Origin: Ranitomeya imitator
Lineage: Eukaryota
Assembly (NCBI RefSeq): GCF_032444005.1
Contig: NC_091283.1
Coordinates: 515,096,001 to 515,160,000 of the forward strand
DNA length: 64,000 nt
Direction: 5' to 3'
The notes below the pieces were generated by a model. It had not been told where the DNA came from and searched no databases. It saw only the letters and a list, made by a program, of their open reading frames with translations. The first letter of the stretch is position 1, and every line of letters begins with the position of its first letter. The position numbers and the translations under genes are program-made. Positions 47,295 to 61,189 of the stretch are shown in pieces.

Positions 47295-48093
47295 AGGGTG
47301 ACTGACAAAATTCTGCCTAAAATTTACTTTACATATGAGAAAAGTTTTCACAGAACCTAAAAACACATGCTATTGTAGAAGAAAAAAAACCTCTACAAAA
47401 TGACAGGTTTATACAATAAAACCGTAGAGAAGCTCTTAGGTAGCCGTATCTTAAAGACTGGTTACTTAAGGCATCCTACTCAAGAGGTTAAGAGAAGATT
47501 AAAAAAAAAAAAAAAAAAAAAAAAATCAATCATAAAAAGTTTCACATGAACAGCACCAGCTCCCAGTAACCGTTTAGAAATTCACAATTTGCCCATCCCA
47601 TAAAATGGACCTTCAGTTTCATACAAATAGATGTCGGAATGTGTCAATATTCCCATCTATTAGGTAGCACATCATCTTGTAGGGTCCTTGCAGCTGCATG
47701 AAGGGTGGCAAAGACAATGCCCCCCAAAAGCAGCCAAACACTGAACGAGTGACATTAACACAAAATTCATCTTTGTCTTGATCAGTTTTCTCTTCTTTGT
47801 CCAAAGAGTAAGATTTAAAAAAAAAAAAAAAAAAAAAAAGAAATAGTGCCCCCCCCCTTAAAACCCCAATGTCTCTTTCTTTTGACAGACACCACTAATA
47901 GCCAAACAATACATGCTACTGGGTAAAAATGCAGTAACACTAGTGGGAAAGAGGAGGAGCAGGGGCTTAGGGTGCAGTATCTCCTGGGCTTTACAATGGA
48001 AACACCTTCTTTGGCTGCAGGAAAAACTGAATCCTGTCGCCGTCCTCCCACTCCGTTCCCACTATCCATTGTTAATAACCGCATTATCTGGCT

Positions 48094-48464
<371 letters not shown>

Positions 48465-49537
48465 CTAAATATGGTTGCTCAGAAACACGATATGCCTTCA
48501 AATATAGTGTTAGTCTGAAGGTAAATTGCATTAAAATCATACCTGGCTGGCTTACCACAACAGCGGCTAATGGGTGAAAATATTTTTTTTCTCCCTGCAG
48601 CCAATAGCTTCCATACATCCAGGTTATGCAAGGAGCGGTGACTATTACAGCTCCCACACAGCGACCGCTGCAATCGCTCCCCGGTACATTGATTGACAGC
48701 CTGCAATGCAGTGTATGTGTGTGCAAAGCAGGATGTGCCTCATTACCCAACGTCTCCCTGCACCACCCAAGCGACTGGGAGCGAGTGGCTGCAGGGGGAT
48801 ATAACTTAATTTTGTCCCTTAAACCGGTGCTTCACTAAGGCATCCTGACATGATCTGAAATTTATTTTTTTTTTAACCTGCATATTACAGTTAAAATCTG
48901 CAGGTAAAAACTGTTTCTAGACATGGAAGGACCATGTTTAATTGCAATATGTCCAAGAATGCTCAAATCCATTTTACAGACAAGTCAGTGATGGTAGTTT
49001 CAAGTAAATACCTTTAATTGTGCCAAATGACGCAGTTTGTAGGCCTCTCCCCATCATACAGGAGCACACAGCTGTGGCCATGACTGGCCTACGAACTACT
49101 ACGTTCACCTAAAGGGGCTGTCCCGCTTTTACTCTATCACTTATTGGATGCTCCGCTGGCTTCCATTTCCTGGTCCTAATTCGGCACTCAGCAATGGTAC
49201 AAAAATTATGCTCAGCAGATCACTGTCCGCAGCAGAGATCCGGCTAGCAAGCGACTGGCTGAGCAGCATTTCCTAGCAATTTGTGTTATCAGGAGCAATA
49301 AGTAGAAACCAGAGTACCAAGGCAGCTTGAGAACTGGAGCCACGGGAGATCAGGGGAATTTAGCTTAATTTGTTTATTTTAAGACCACTCTGAGCACTTT
49401 ACTAAAAAATTTTTAGTGCTGGAGTACCCCTTTCACATTATTAAACCATGAAAAATGAGCCATCAAGAATTATGGTGTATGTGAAAGTGTTGAAGAGCCA
49501 TTACATTCAGGGGCTCATTTTGAGTCAAGGAGGCAAG

Positions 49538-49995
49538 TAAAAGGGAATATGTCACCAGATTTTTGCTACCCCCAACTGAGAGCTGCATGATGTAAAAGCA
49601 GGGTTCCTGATTCCAGCAATGTGTTACCTACTGAGCTGTTCACTTATTTCATTACAATCCGTTTTATCTGCTGTAGATCTAGCAGTTCTCTGAATGCTGA
49701 GCCCTGTATAACCCCACCTACACCACTGATTGGCAACTTACTGTGTAGCTCTACATAGGGATAAAGCTGCCACTCAGTGGGGGGAAAGGGATATACAGAA
49801 CTTATGAATATAGAGGACTACAAGGCAGCAGGCTTACTAGTTCTCCAGTAATAACCTTGTGCTGATAAAATCACTGTTTTATCAACAATACAGCAAGCAA
49901 CTCAGTAATTGACATGGCTGGAATCAGGGTCGCTGTCCCTAAATCATGCTGCTCTCAGATTAAGTGGCAAAAAACAGGTAACAGGTTCCCTTTAA
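49538..49995. mobile_element. T2-type MITE
   Basis: AAAGGGAATATGTCACC ... GGTAACAGGTTCCCTTTAA. Confidence 0.65.
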
Positions 49996-50224
49996 TATCT
50001 TCATTTTCAAGACTTCAGGTCAGAGCAATGTGGGTTGAGACAGTTCCAATCCCCCACTGTCCACTGAAAAAAAGGCAATTATCAGAAAGAAAATGTAAAA
50101 ATAGTAATAACGTATAGAGTGAAGACAATTAAACATTAGATCTATGGAGTTGTTGAGACTTCAGCAACAGAAGTTTTGCATGTGCCTTTTTCCTGGAAGT
50201 GTTTGGGTCTTCAACTATTCTTAC

Positions 50225-50390
50225 CTCATCTTTCTTTTTCTTGGTCCTAACCTCTTCACCCACAAGCTCGGTGTCAGAATCTGCCTTGCGCTTCCCATCT
50301 GAGTCGTGTGCGCTTTTCTGTGATTGTAGGAACTCCGCGATCAGATCAGGACAGTCCAAGTTCTCTTCTGGTTCCCAAGTGTTGTCATCA
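50225..50390 (-). CDS. CBX1: CBX1 coding exon 2 (DDNTWEPEENLDCPDLIAEF...KRKADSD...KKKKDE)
   Basis: TTTGCAG| acceptor and GAG|GTAAG donor; 166 nt. Confidence 0.97.
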
Positions 50391-51279
50391 CTGCAAACAC
50401 CAGATACATTCAGATTCAACTGAATTCTAAAGACTCATGAACCCCCAAAGTGTTTATTGGTATTACACCATCATACTTTTTTTTTCCCCTTACAGATGAG
50501 GTGCCAAGCAGCACCGCACAAGAGAGGATTGGACGTGTTGAAATTCAAGATAACCCTTCCTTATTTCCCCCATCTGAAGACCAAGAAATTGTTCTGAACT
50601 TGAAAATCATTATCCCAATCGACAGTCCATATACAGCAGTCAATGTACATAAGCAGAGCTACAGTGTAAATCAGGAGGGATGATCAGTGCAGAAGCTTTA
50701 GCTTACCAGTCATCTATAGGACGGTTTAAGAGTGCAGTCAGACCGCTGTATAACTCGCACAAGGATTGCATCCTAAAACCAGGAGTGGGTGATAAATGCA
50801 GAAGTGGTGACGTGTTTCTATTATACTTTTCCTCTAATTGTCCCACTCCTGGTTTTGGCTTACAAATACTGATGTAAAATACTGACCAAATACTGATCGT
50901 GTGACGGCAGCCTTAACCTGTAAGACAGTGTTGGCAGACTGGGCATAAGTGATATTTGTAGCCACTTCAGTTGAGGACATTTTCATCCAAGAAACTGAAA
51001 ATTTTTTTTAAGCGCATAATTGTGAATAGAGAACTGAACTTTGAAGATGAAGATCACAATTCCCATTTACAGCTTTCCACTGCCAGGATGTTGGCGCCTT
51101 ATGAGAGTCTCCCGTCAATCCTTTTTTGTTGGGTTTCTCACTTGCACATTTTACACTCCTTATTACCTACAGAACATTGGTAGCTGCTTTGAGTACGACA
51201 TCTAAGTCTGCTGCTAAAGAAACCCAACAAATATAGCTGCAAAGTAGAATAAGCCACCTAACTTTCCATAATTCACTTA

Positions 51280-51528
<249 letters not shown>

Positions 51529-52328
51529 TCATATGCTAGCATCAAGCTGTGCCAGTGAAAACGGTGGCATCCATTGAAAGGAGTTATCAGGTTTTATATA
51601 CCCCCGTTAAGGAATTCTCATCTTTTGGCCAAATTAGAGAGTGGTTACAAAACATCTCACGTTCTAGGGAATCTGCATTTTGAATTACACCCCTTCGATT
51701 TCGTGTAATAACTAATTTTCCCTGTGGTGGTGCTGTAGGAAGACAGAACACTTACTATAAGGTTTCTCAATGACAATTAGTGATCAGTAGACAAAAAGAT
51801 ACACAACTAATACTCATGAGATCACCCCAGGTGCTGGAGGGGCTCACCTACCCACAATATGTGCCCCATGTAGGAACCAGCGAGGGTTTGGGACCACTAG
51901 GTACAGATGGCACGTGAAGAAAATGCAACTGTACAGTTGAATGCAAGTGAACAAGTGGATATTAGGGAATGCAGAGGACTGCAATACAACGCCACGTAAT
52001 GGACCAAGGTCAGATCCCAAGTAGGAGAAGAAACAAAACGCTTCATTTACTTGGGGTCACTGCAGCTTTGCCTGTTGGATCGTACTGTGAATTGTTCATT
52101 TTGCTGACCAGCGCCTGGAGATTATATGTGACTAATGACATGTTATCTGTCAATTTGGAATTGTTCAGGATTTTTTTTTAAAGGTGAAAATACAAGTGTA
52201 TGACATGATTAGTGGATCATCTGCTAACATGGAGTCTAAAATGAAAAAAAAGAGCTAGTCCTCAATTTTTAGAGTGGCATGTTAAGGGTTGAATCGAAAA
52301 GTCAACTTTGCTCTGGATGAACATATTG

Positions 52329-52690
52329 TTAAAGGGGTTGTGAATTACTCAGACAACAGTCTCAATCAGCATGTTTACACCAGTAAAATAAAAATACCGT
52401 ATATACTCACTTCCGATGCAGGCGCCATTCCAGCGGTGTCGGTACTCGCTCTCCCAGGGCTCATGAGAGGTTGCTAGGTCACTGTCGCCACCTTCGGACG
52501 CATCAAGAGAAAGTGAGCGGCCAGCCATAGGGCTTGATGTCAGATATGTCTGAAACTGGGGACAGTGACAGCAGAGCTGATTGGGCGCGGGGCTCACGAG
52601 ACACAACCGCAAGGGCAGACACCGCAGGTGAGTACAAGTGCTATTTTACTAATGCAAACATGCTGCGTCAGATGGGGTTGTCAAGGAGTG
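52329..52690. mobile_element. T2-type MITE remnant in CBX1 intron 1
   Basis: TTAAAGGGGTTGTG start; paired ATACTCAC / GGTGAGTA motifs; right end degenerate. Confidence 0.5.
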
Positions 52691-54003
52691 GCTCGCATCC
52701 ACATTAGAATGTGTTCAGATGAATGATCGTTCAGCCATCAGTCTGACTCCCCCAAACACAGGAGTGTTAGGCTTAGCCAAGTGCTTCTGTGTTCCCTACC
52801 AGAGCCGCTGCCAGACTTCCAGGTCGGGATCTTATCTCCAGGGAGAACAAAAGGATCGTTCACTGAAATTCAGCAGCTCAGAATAGTCTCTCCCCAGACA
52901 TCATCAGGACGCCCCTCTATGCATAAGGCTGAGAGCCAATCCGCCATTATTGGTGGGTTCAGCAGACTTTGGTCTAATGTGTATAGATGCCTTTACGTAA
53001 ATGGCCAGCGTCATCCTGCCTGTGATCATATCCGTAAGGACAGGTGAGCGGATCTGTACAAAATAAAAAGTGCCAGTCTCATATGAGGATCAGTGGTCAG
53101 AGAGAAAACAGCAAGATTTCAGAAGAAACCTGAAATACTAAAAAAAATATATATAGTCAAAGTGATTGAGGAAACGCTCCCTTTATGGGAGAGGTGTGGA
53201 GAAACAAGTGCAGGAAGCTGTGCCATGGGATAAGTGCGGAGCTCGGATGCAAGGTTTGGACAACTCCGTGGCCAATGAAGAGCTGATATATGTAGTGGCT
53301 CTCTGTTCTGAATAGAGCATGGCGCCCAGAGTGGCGTAGGGACCACCGACGGGATTTTATGGGCAACAAAGCCACCTATTATAATACTTCTAGTAATGTC
53401 ATCTTGTACCGATGCAATGAGAGGTAACAGGTAAGGAAATCACAGATGGCGTCATGCTGCCAGTGGGCACTGTGCTAATGATGGCACAGCCTTCTAAAGA
53501 GCTACTGCCACCTTGCTCCTACTAGCAGTCTGGGACTGGCCTACTGGGGAGTAGGCGAATCCCCCGGCGGGCCCCTACATGAGCACTAGATGGCATTACA
53601 CTTCAGTCACTATGGATGGATGAAGGCGGCACCACATCATTCATACCTGAGGGGAATTTGTGAGGGAGGGTAATGTAATGCTTGCATATGGCTGACAGTG
53701 GCCCCCAGAGTCAATGTTACTGGAGGGCCCTTGTCACCCCTGACCAACACTGCCTACCACATCTCCACAGCTGAACCAATCCCATCTCCTGGCATGTAAT
53801 GTGGCCCCAATCCCCTGGTGCAGGCCGCCATGCCCAGCACTGAGGGCGCCACTTACTCGGGCACAACTTTGCTCTCCAGAGGAGCATCAGCTCTACAAGT
53901 GACCAGTCACACTGCACTGACCGGGGCTGCGCATGACGCCGGCCGGGGCACCGTCACTTCACACCGCATGGCTAGGAGCAGCAGTACGGAGACAACATCT
54001 CAC

Positions 54004-54120
54004 CAGTCGGGCGGGACGACGGCTGGTCTCCCCGGGCTCGCAGGCCTGTCGCTGCTCCTGGAGAGGCGCCTCCAGCGAAGCACAACCGTTCTGCAGCCGC
54101 TGGTGGAGCTGTAATTGGCG
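54004..54120 (-). other. CBX1: Putative non-coding exon 1 of CBX1 (5' end approximate)
   Basis: GC-rich segment ending in donor CTG|GTGAGA; alternative donor CGA|GTAAGT at 53857. Confidence 0.5.
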
Positions 54121-54480
54121 CGCGGCACGGCCTCCAACCGCTCTCCCAGTTCACGTGATCCGGTTCGGTTCTGAGAATGTGGCGCCTCCAAACAAAAGGC
54201 TCTGCTCTGCCGCCACCAAGAAGTAGCACCGCGCATGCGCCGCGCCTCCGGGCATCACGGGAGCTGTAGTTCCGTTTCAGCAGCGTGTACCTCACTAATG
54301 AATATTTCACTCCTCAGCGGGATACTGCTCTGGAAACTGCACTACGGGATTAATAATCATGTGCGGGATGGGATGTAGATTATGAGAGCCTGTTATTATT
54401 AGCATACAGAGCTATAGAGGCGAAGGCTGCAGAGCTGGAAACTACACTTCCCAGAATCCTGCGCGCATAGCCCGGAAGTG
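54110..54480. promoter_or_regulatory. Bidirectional CBX1/SNX11 promoter
   Basis: CCAAT (~54114), TCACGTGA (54151), GCGCATGCGC nuclear-respiratory-factor-1-type site (54231), two divergent ZNF143-type ACTACA..TCCC motifs (54251-54272 minus; 54441-54460 plus), CCGGAAGTG (54472). Confidence 0.82.
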
Positions 54481-54534
54481 ATCGTTAGAAGAAAACAGCT
54501 GAGAGGAGACCACGGGGAGTGGTGGTTATCGTGT
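54480..54534 (+). other. SNX11: Putative non-coding exon 1 of SNX11
   Basis: Follows the ETS motif and ends in candidate donor TGT|GTAAGA. Confidence 0.4.
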
Positions 54535-54599
54535 GTAAGATGCTTTATGTTTCTGTGCATGGCTATGTAAGGATGTGGTCTGTACCGTGGTGATATAGA

Positions 54600-56190
54600 G
54601 AGGGGAGGGTCTATGGTATTATGGGGTGATATAGGGGGGCCTATGGTATTATGGGGTGATATGGAGAGTCTATGGTATTAGCGGGTGACATAGGGGGCGG
54701 GGCCTATGGTATTAGGGGGTGATATGGAGGGTCTATGGTATTAGGGGGTGATATAGGGGGTGTATGGTATTAGGTGGTGATATAGGGGGTGTATGGTATT
54801 ATGGGGTGATATAGGGGGTCTATGGTATTAGGCGGTGATGTGGAGGGTCTATGGTATTAGGGGGTGATATAGGGGGGTCTATGGTATTAGGAGGTGCAAA
54901 GGGGGGGTCTCTGGTATTAGGAGGTGATATGGGGGTCTATGGTATTAGGTGGTTATATAGGGTGGGTCTATCGTATTATGGGGTGATATAGGGGGTCTAT
55001 GGTATTATACCGCCGCGCAACCTGCCCTACCCTCTCCTAGTGTTTCATCACCCATCCCCTGCAGACTGTGAGCCCTCGCGGGCAGGGTCCTCCCTCCTTA
55101 TGTACTCGTGTGCCTGTTATATCCTCATGTTTAATGTATTTGTCTATATTTGCCTCGTATTCACATGTAAAGCGCCATGGAATAAATGGCGCTATAAAAA
55201 TGTATAATAATAATAATAATTATGGGGTGATATGGAGGGCCTATGGTATTAGCGGGTGATATAGGGGGCGGGGCCTATGGTATTAGGGGGTGATATGGAG
55301 GGTCTATGGTATTATGGGGTAATATAGGGGGTGTATGGTATTAGGGGGTGATGTGGAGGGTATGGTATTAGGAGGTGATATGGAGGGTCTATGGTATTAG
55401 CGGGTGATATAGGGTGGGACTATGGTATTAGGAGGTGATATGGAGGGTCTTTGGTATTAGGAGGTGATATGGAGGGTCTATGGTATTAGGGGGTGATATA
55501 GGGGGGTCTATGGTATTAGGAGGTGCTAAGAGGGGGTCTCTGGTATTAGGAGGTGATATGGGGGTCTATGGTATTAGGTGGTTATATAGGGTGGGTCTAT
55601 GGTATTAGGAGGTGATATGGGGGTCTATGGTATTAGGGGGTGATATAGGGTGGGGCTATGGTATTAGCAGGTGATATGGAGGGTCTATGGTATTAGGAGG
55701 TGCTATGGGGGTTTATGGTATTAAGGAGTTGATTTAGGGGGTCTATGGTATTAGGTGGTGATATAGGGTGGGTCTATGGTATTAGGAGGTGATATGGGGG
55801 TCTATGGTATTAGGGGGTGATATAGGGAGGGGCTATGGTATTAGCAGGTGATATGGAGGGGCTATGGTATTAGCAGGTGATATGGAGGGTCTATGGTATT
55901 AGGAGGTGCTATGGGGGGTTTATGGTATTAAGGAGTTGATTTAGGGGGTCTTCTATGGTATTAGGAGGTGATATGGAGGGTCTATGGTATTAGAGGGTGA
56001 TATAGAGGGTCTATGGTATTAGGGGGTGATATGGAGGGTCTATGGTATTAGGGGGTGATATAGGGGGTCTATGGTATTAGGGGGTGATATGGAGGTTCTA
56101 TGGTATAGGGGGTCTATAGGAGGTGCTATGGGGGGGTTTATGGTATTAAGGAGTTGATTTGGGGGGTCTATGGTGTTAGGAGGTGATATG
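54600..56190. repeat. ~29-bp G-rich minisatellite (GGAGGGTCTATGGTATTAGGGGGTGATAT)n in SNX11 intron 1
   Basis: Period 29 read at 55981/56010/56039; interrupted at 55010-55222. Confidence 0.95.
55010..55222 (+). mobile_element. L2 3'-end fragment inserted in the minisatellite
   Basis: Matches the tail of the L2 at 40038 (GAGCCCTCGCGGGCAGGGTCC; GTAAAGCGCCATGGAATAAATGGCGCTATA; (TAA)n). Confidence 0.85.
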
Positions 56191-56194
56191 TCGG

Positions 56195-56965
56195 CGGGTA
56201 TATGCCCCGGATTACAATCTGGTTTCTGCTTTTTACACTCCTGGATCTCTCTGCAGCATTCAGCACTGTGGATCACCAGCTCTTCCTCACTATGCTCCAC
56301 TGTATTGGACTCCAGGATACAGCGGTCTCCTGGTTCTCCTCACTACACCAATGCCTCTACCCTGTGCCCGCCATTGCACTGGTTGCCCATCCACTACTGA
56401 GTCCAATATCAACTTATCTCTCTCACACACAGCACTCCACCGTTCAGCACCACCCTACGTCTCCTCCCTTGTCTCAGTCTACCACCCTACCCGTGCCCTC
56501 TGTTGTGCTAATAACCTAAGAATAGCATTCTTCATAATCCGAACCTCCCACTCCCATCTCCAAGACTTCCCGCAAGCTGCACCAGTTATCTGGAACACAC
56601 TACGAAGGACAATAAAGTTAATTCCCCATACCCACAGTTTTAAGCTTGCCCCCAAAACGCACTTCTTTTAGACTGGCCTATTACCTCACCAATATAACTA
56701 TTTCCGTTTTGCCGTTACAAAACTTTCTTGTAACTCAGGACCCTCGTAGCATCTGTTTGTTCACCCTCACATGCACTTAATAGCCCCCTGTACCTGCACT
56801 TATACAGATAATGGCTGGTGACCAGGTCATGCAGTTATGTGAATGCCCTATTATATATTGAATTGTGTTATTCTGTAATGTCTTTATTATCTGTACAAGT
56901 CCCCGTTAAAATTTAAATGCTGTAGATAATGTTGGTGCTAAAGAAATTTAAAAAAAATTGTTATT
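56195..56965 (+). mobile_element. Second, more diverged L2 3' fragment
   Basis: LLDLSAAFSTVDHQL and PPLHWLPI motifs; tail GTTGGTGCTAAAGAAAT.. Confidence 0.8.
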
Positions 56966-57075
56966 ATTAGGAAGTGATAAATCAGTAGTATAGGGGGTAT
57001 ATGGTATTAGGAGGTAATATATCAGTGAACTGGTAGAAAGAAGTGATACAGAGGATATGCTTTATTACAAGGTGA

Positions 57076-57751
57076 TTAAAGGGAATCTTGTCACCACATT
57101 TGACCTATCTAAACTATTAATATGGGCATACAGGTTATAGACTGCTGGAAAAAGTCCTCCCTGTGTGTCTTTTATCACTTTATATAAATGACCACGTCCA
57201 GGCACTGGGGAGGACGTTGCATGGAAGATAACTCTGCCCCCAGAGATTATTATACATGAAGGGGAGATACCAGCGTGAGACAGGTAACTAACACAGAACA
57301 GGAGAAATTAAACTTTTCTTCTTGCAAACACATTTTCCCCTCTCTGAGCTCTGTTATATTGCAACAATATTACAACCCTGTCTCCCAGTAAGCTGTGAGG
57401 CTGCGTGCCCATGATCAGCAATAGCAGCATTTTGGACCTCTCACATTTGTGTTGTGTCCAAAACTTTGCGTTCTACATTACAAGCACAGTGTAAGGGATG
57501 TATGGCAATCCTGTACCTACTGTATAATAACATGTATACCCACATGTATAATAGGCTCTGGGGGCAGAGTTATCTCCAGGCAGCATCCTCCCCCAAGCCT
57601 GGACGAGGTCACTTCTATAACGTGATAAAAGATGATTTGTCAAAATTAAGGCATCTGTTATGAGACACACAGGCATCACTCTCCTCAGCAGTCTATAGCC
57701 TGTATGCCCATATATAAGTAGCTTAGGTCAAATGTGACAGATTCCTTTTAA
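57076..57751. mobile_element. T2-type MITE
   Basis: TTAAAGGGAATCTTGTCAC ... GTGACAGATTCCTTTTAA; long inverted arms. Confidence 0.8.
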
Positions 57752-57847
57752 TCTGTTAACATATTGAATTGTATTACGGTATGTGTTGAGATTTTGCCTT
57801 TGTTCTTGTTACAGATGAAAGCCCTTTGACCAGAAAGCAGCTGGAGG

Positions 57848-57874
57848 ATGTTTCAGAATAACCCTGATGAGGAG
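57848..57874 (+). CDS. SNX11: SNX11 first coding exon (MFQNNPDEE); exon starts 57815
   Basis: TTGTTACAG| acceptor and GAG|GTGAGA donor; WRM..NPDEE resembles recalled human CRMSENQEQE; phase fits the next exon. Confidence 0.75.
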
Positions 57875-58076
57875 GTGAGACTCACTGCACGGTGTAGGTG
57901 AGGGGATATTAGGGAGTGGGCAGTGGAAGGAACAGTCTTGTGGGGTTTAGGAATGGTGGGTCACTGCACTTATAGGGGCTACCATTCCCAGAAACCTTTA
58001 CAACTGGCTTATTAGAATGTGTAAAACAAAAAAAATCGAGAAGATTAATTTCTACATGTGAATATTTGTGGTTTAG

Positions 58077-59560
58077 TTTACACCATGTTCCAAATTATTA
58101 TACAAATGATATTTTTCTCGGATTTTTCTAAATGGTCGGTGCAAATGACAGTCAGTGTAATAAAAGTCATCACCCGATAGAGTATACATTGAATTTTATT
58201 GAACAAACCTCCCAATGATAACAGTATAATCTCCAAAATGAATAAAAACTCAAAATGCACTGCTCCAAATTATTAGGCACAGTAGAATTTCTAAACATTT
58301 GATATGTTTTAAAGAACTGAAAATGCTCATTTGTGGAATTTTCAGCATTAGGAGGTCACATTCACTGAACAAAAAAGCTATTTAACTCCAAAACCTCCTA
58401 ACAGGCCAAGTTATATTCTTCTTTGATATCACCTTCACAATTCTTGCATCCATTGAACTTGTGAGTTTTTGGAGAGTTTCTGCTTGTATTTCTTCCCTCC
58501 CAGAGCTACTGTTTTGATGTGAACTGTCTCCCGCCCTCATAGATCTTTTGCTTGATGATACTCCAAAGGTTTTCTATAGGGTTGAGGTCAGGGAAGATGG
58601 TGGCCACACCATGAGTTTATCTGTTTTTATGCCCATAGCAGCCAATGACTCAGAGGTATTCTTTGCAGCATGGCATGGTGCATTGTCATGCATGAAGATG
58701 ATTTTGCTCCTGAAGGCACGTTTCTGCTTTTTATACCATGGAAGAAAGTTGTCAGTCAGAAACTCTATATACTTTGCAGAGGTCATTTTCACACCTTCAG
58801 GAACCTTGAAGGGCCCTACCAGCTGTTTCTCCATGACTTCGGCCCAAAACATGACTCCTCCACCTCCTTGCTGACGTTGCATCCTTGTTGGGACATGGTG
58901 GCCATCCACTACTCCATCCATTTGGACCATCCAGGATTGCTCTACACTCATCAGTAAACAAGACTGTTTGAAAATTAGTCTTCATGTATGTTTGGGTCCA
59001 CTGCAACCATTTCTGCTTGTGAACACTGTTTAGGGGTGGCCAAATAGTAGGTTTATGCACCACAGCAAGCCTTTGAATGATCCTACACCTTGAGGTTCGG
59101 GGGACTCCAGAGGAACCAGCAGCTTCCAATAACTGTTTGCTGCTTTGTAATGGTATTTTGGCAGCTGCTCTCTTAATCCAATGAATTTGTCTGGCAGAAA
59201 CCTCCCTCATTATGCCTTTGTCTGCATGAACTCTGTGCTCTGTTTCAGTCACAAATCTCTTCACAGTATGATGATCACTCTTAATTTTTTGTGAAATATC
59301 TAATGTTTTCATACCTTGTCCAAGGCATTTCACTATTTAACGCTTTTCAGTAGCAGAGAGATCATTTTTATTTCCCATATTGCTTGAAACCTGTAGCCTG
59401 CCTAATAATGTGGAACATCATTTTTAAGTATTTTTCATTTAATTAGAATCACCTGGAAAACTAATTATTACATGTGTTTAAGATTAATTTCAGTGATCCA
59501 TTGAGCTCTGAGACACAATAGCATCCACAAATTTATTTTAAAAACAAAACAATTAAATCT
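58077..59560 (-). mobile_element. Tc1-like transposon, degenerate transposase, one terminus missing
   Basis: QTVLFTDECRAILDGP and FMHDNAPCH motifs; terminus TACACCATGTTCCAAATTATT. Confidence 0.85.
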
Positions 59561-60444
59561 TCATCACAGAGGATCCTTATTTACATGGATGGGACGGAGC
59601 TGCAGTACTAGGTAGAGCCTCTGCAAAGTGTTTACTGAGCAAAGTCCGTGCAGTGATGGGGATCACTGCGGCCTCCTCAGTCTGGATGGTGGGAGTGCTA
59701 GTCAGCTGAGAATACATCAATATTCAAGTTTGAAAAAAGAGAAAACATGAAATAGCATTTTAAATTCTACCGTAAAGTTCACCTAAAGCCAAAAATGAAA
59801 TCTTCACATCGCAGTAGAATCTACTTGTATAGTGTTATGTTTTTACTCCAGTGTTCAGCTGTGTTATTTCACGAACTGTGAATATTTATTCACAGTGCAC
59901 AGTACCACAGCTTTGGTCACTTCCCAGCATACGGGTGAGCATATGTCACACCTGTGTTTTCTCCTCTCTTTATCCCTGTGACTGGCCTTCTGTTATCAGG
60001 CACCGCACGTTTTCTGTTAGATGCAGTGAGGCATTTAGAGATGGAAAGGCGAGAAGAGCCGTGTACAGGAGTGGCTATACCCCTACATCAGGGAGTGCAG
60101 GGTACTTAGTTTGGTTTTCAGATCACTGAGGAGGAAGGTCCTGGCAGGGCTGTATCTAGAGAGTAATAATAAAGATTATGGATAGCCACAAAAACACATT
60201 ACATTTCTGTTTCTAGCAGAGTTATGCAGGACTGGCAAAGAAAGCCCATGGATCTTACGCCTTTATTCTTAGAAGTACTTGATCTCATCCTTTACATGAG
60301 CTGATGTATTGAGGCACGTATGGACTGTATTACACGACTACACTCATCTGGTCTGTGGTTTTACAACTTGAAAATGATTTGATAATGGCTGATGTGATAT
60401 TTGTAGCTTAATCTAAACCATTTATCGGCTTATTATTTATCTAG

Positions 60445-60531
60445 GAGTTTATCACTATACGTGTACAAGACCCCAGACTGCAGAATGAGGGATCATGGAC
60501 GTCTTATGTGGATTATAAAATATTCCTTCAT
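60445..60531 (+). CDS. SNX11: SNX11 coding exon 2 (EFITIRVQDPRLQNEGSWTSYVDYKIFLH; PX domain start)
   Basis: 87 nt; TATCTAG| acceptor and CAT|GTAAGT donor; SNX10/11 PX signature; synteny with CBX1. Confidence 0.95.
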
Positions 60532-60976
60532 GTAAGTCCTTATTTTTCTAATGTTGGAGTCATAATAGGGGATATACAGGGTCACATACAAATCTTACTA
60601 TAATTATATTTATTCCTAAATCTTCGGTCCCATATCCCTGCTCCTGTAAAGTTGCATAGTGGTTATATTGCTGGTAACACATGATTCTCATAAATATATA
60701 GAACTAAAAAGGTGAATGGATATATTAACACATTGACTGAAAGAGTGAGATCTACAGGTAAGGCCTGACAGGGCAGCACCTACGTGGCTGCAATGAAGGA
60801 GACGTGGTGACATACAGACGTGGCGGTTAGTTAAATGGGTGCCTGATTTAACATCTGTCTCCCCTGGAAAACTGAGTTTACTGGGGGAAGGGGGGGGGGG
60901 GGTTGTATGAAAGTTTTTTTTTTCTTTAATGTTTCGGATCCAAAAAGTATCGTTTCTCCTTGTGGAGATTGACATG

Positions 60977-61150
60977 TTAAAGGGAACCTGTCCCCCCCCC
61001 CCCCCCCAGGCGTTTTTAACTAAAAGAGCCCCCTTGTGCTGCACTAATGCTGCATTCTGTCAAGGTGGCTATTTTAGTTCGTGTCCCTGCAAACGCTGCA
61101 ATAATCGCTTTTATAATGTGCCCCCTCATACCTCGAATTAGACCTGGGGT
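60977..61150. mobile_element. Left arm of the same T2-MITE family as 1672-2189
   Basis: TTAAAGGGAACCTGTC..AGGCGTTT..AACTAAAA..GCACTAATGCTGCATTCTG shared. Confidence 0.8.
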
Positions 61151-61189
61151 CAGGTCTTCCCCCCCCCCCCCCCCGTCCCTAACACAGAT

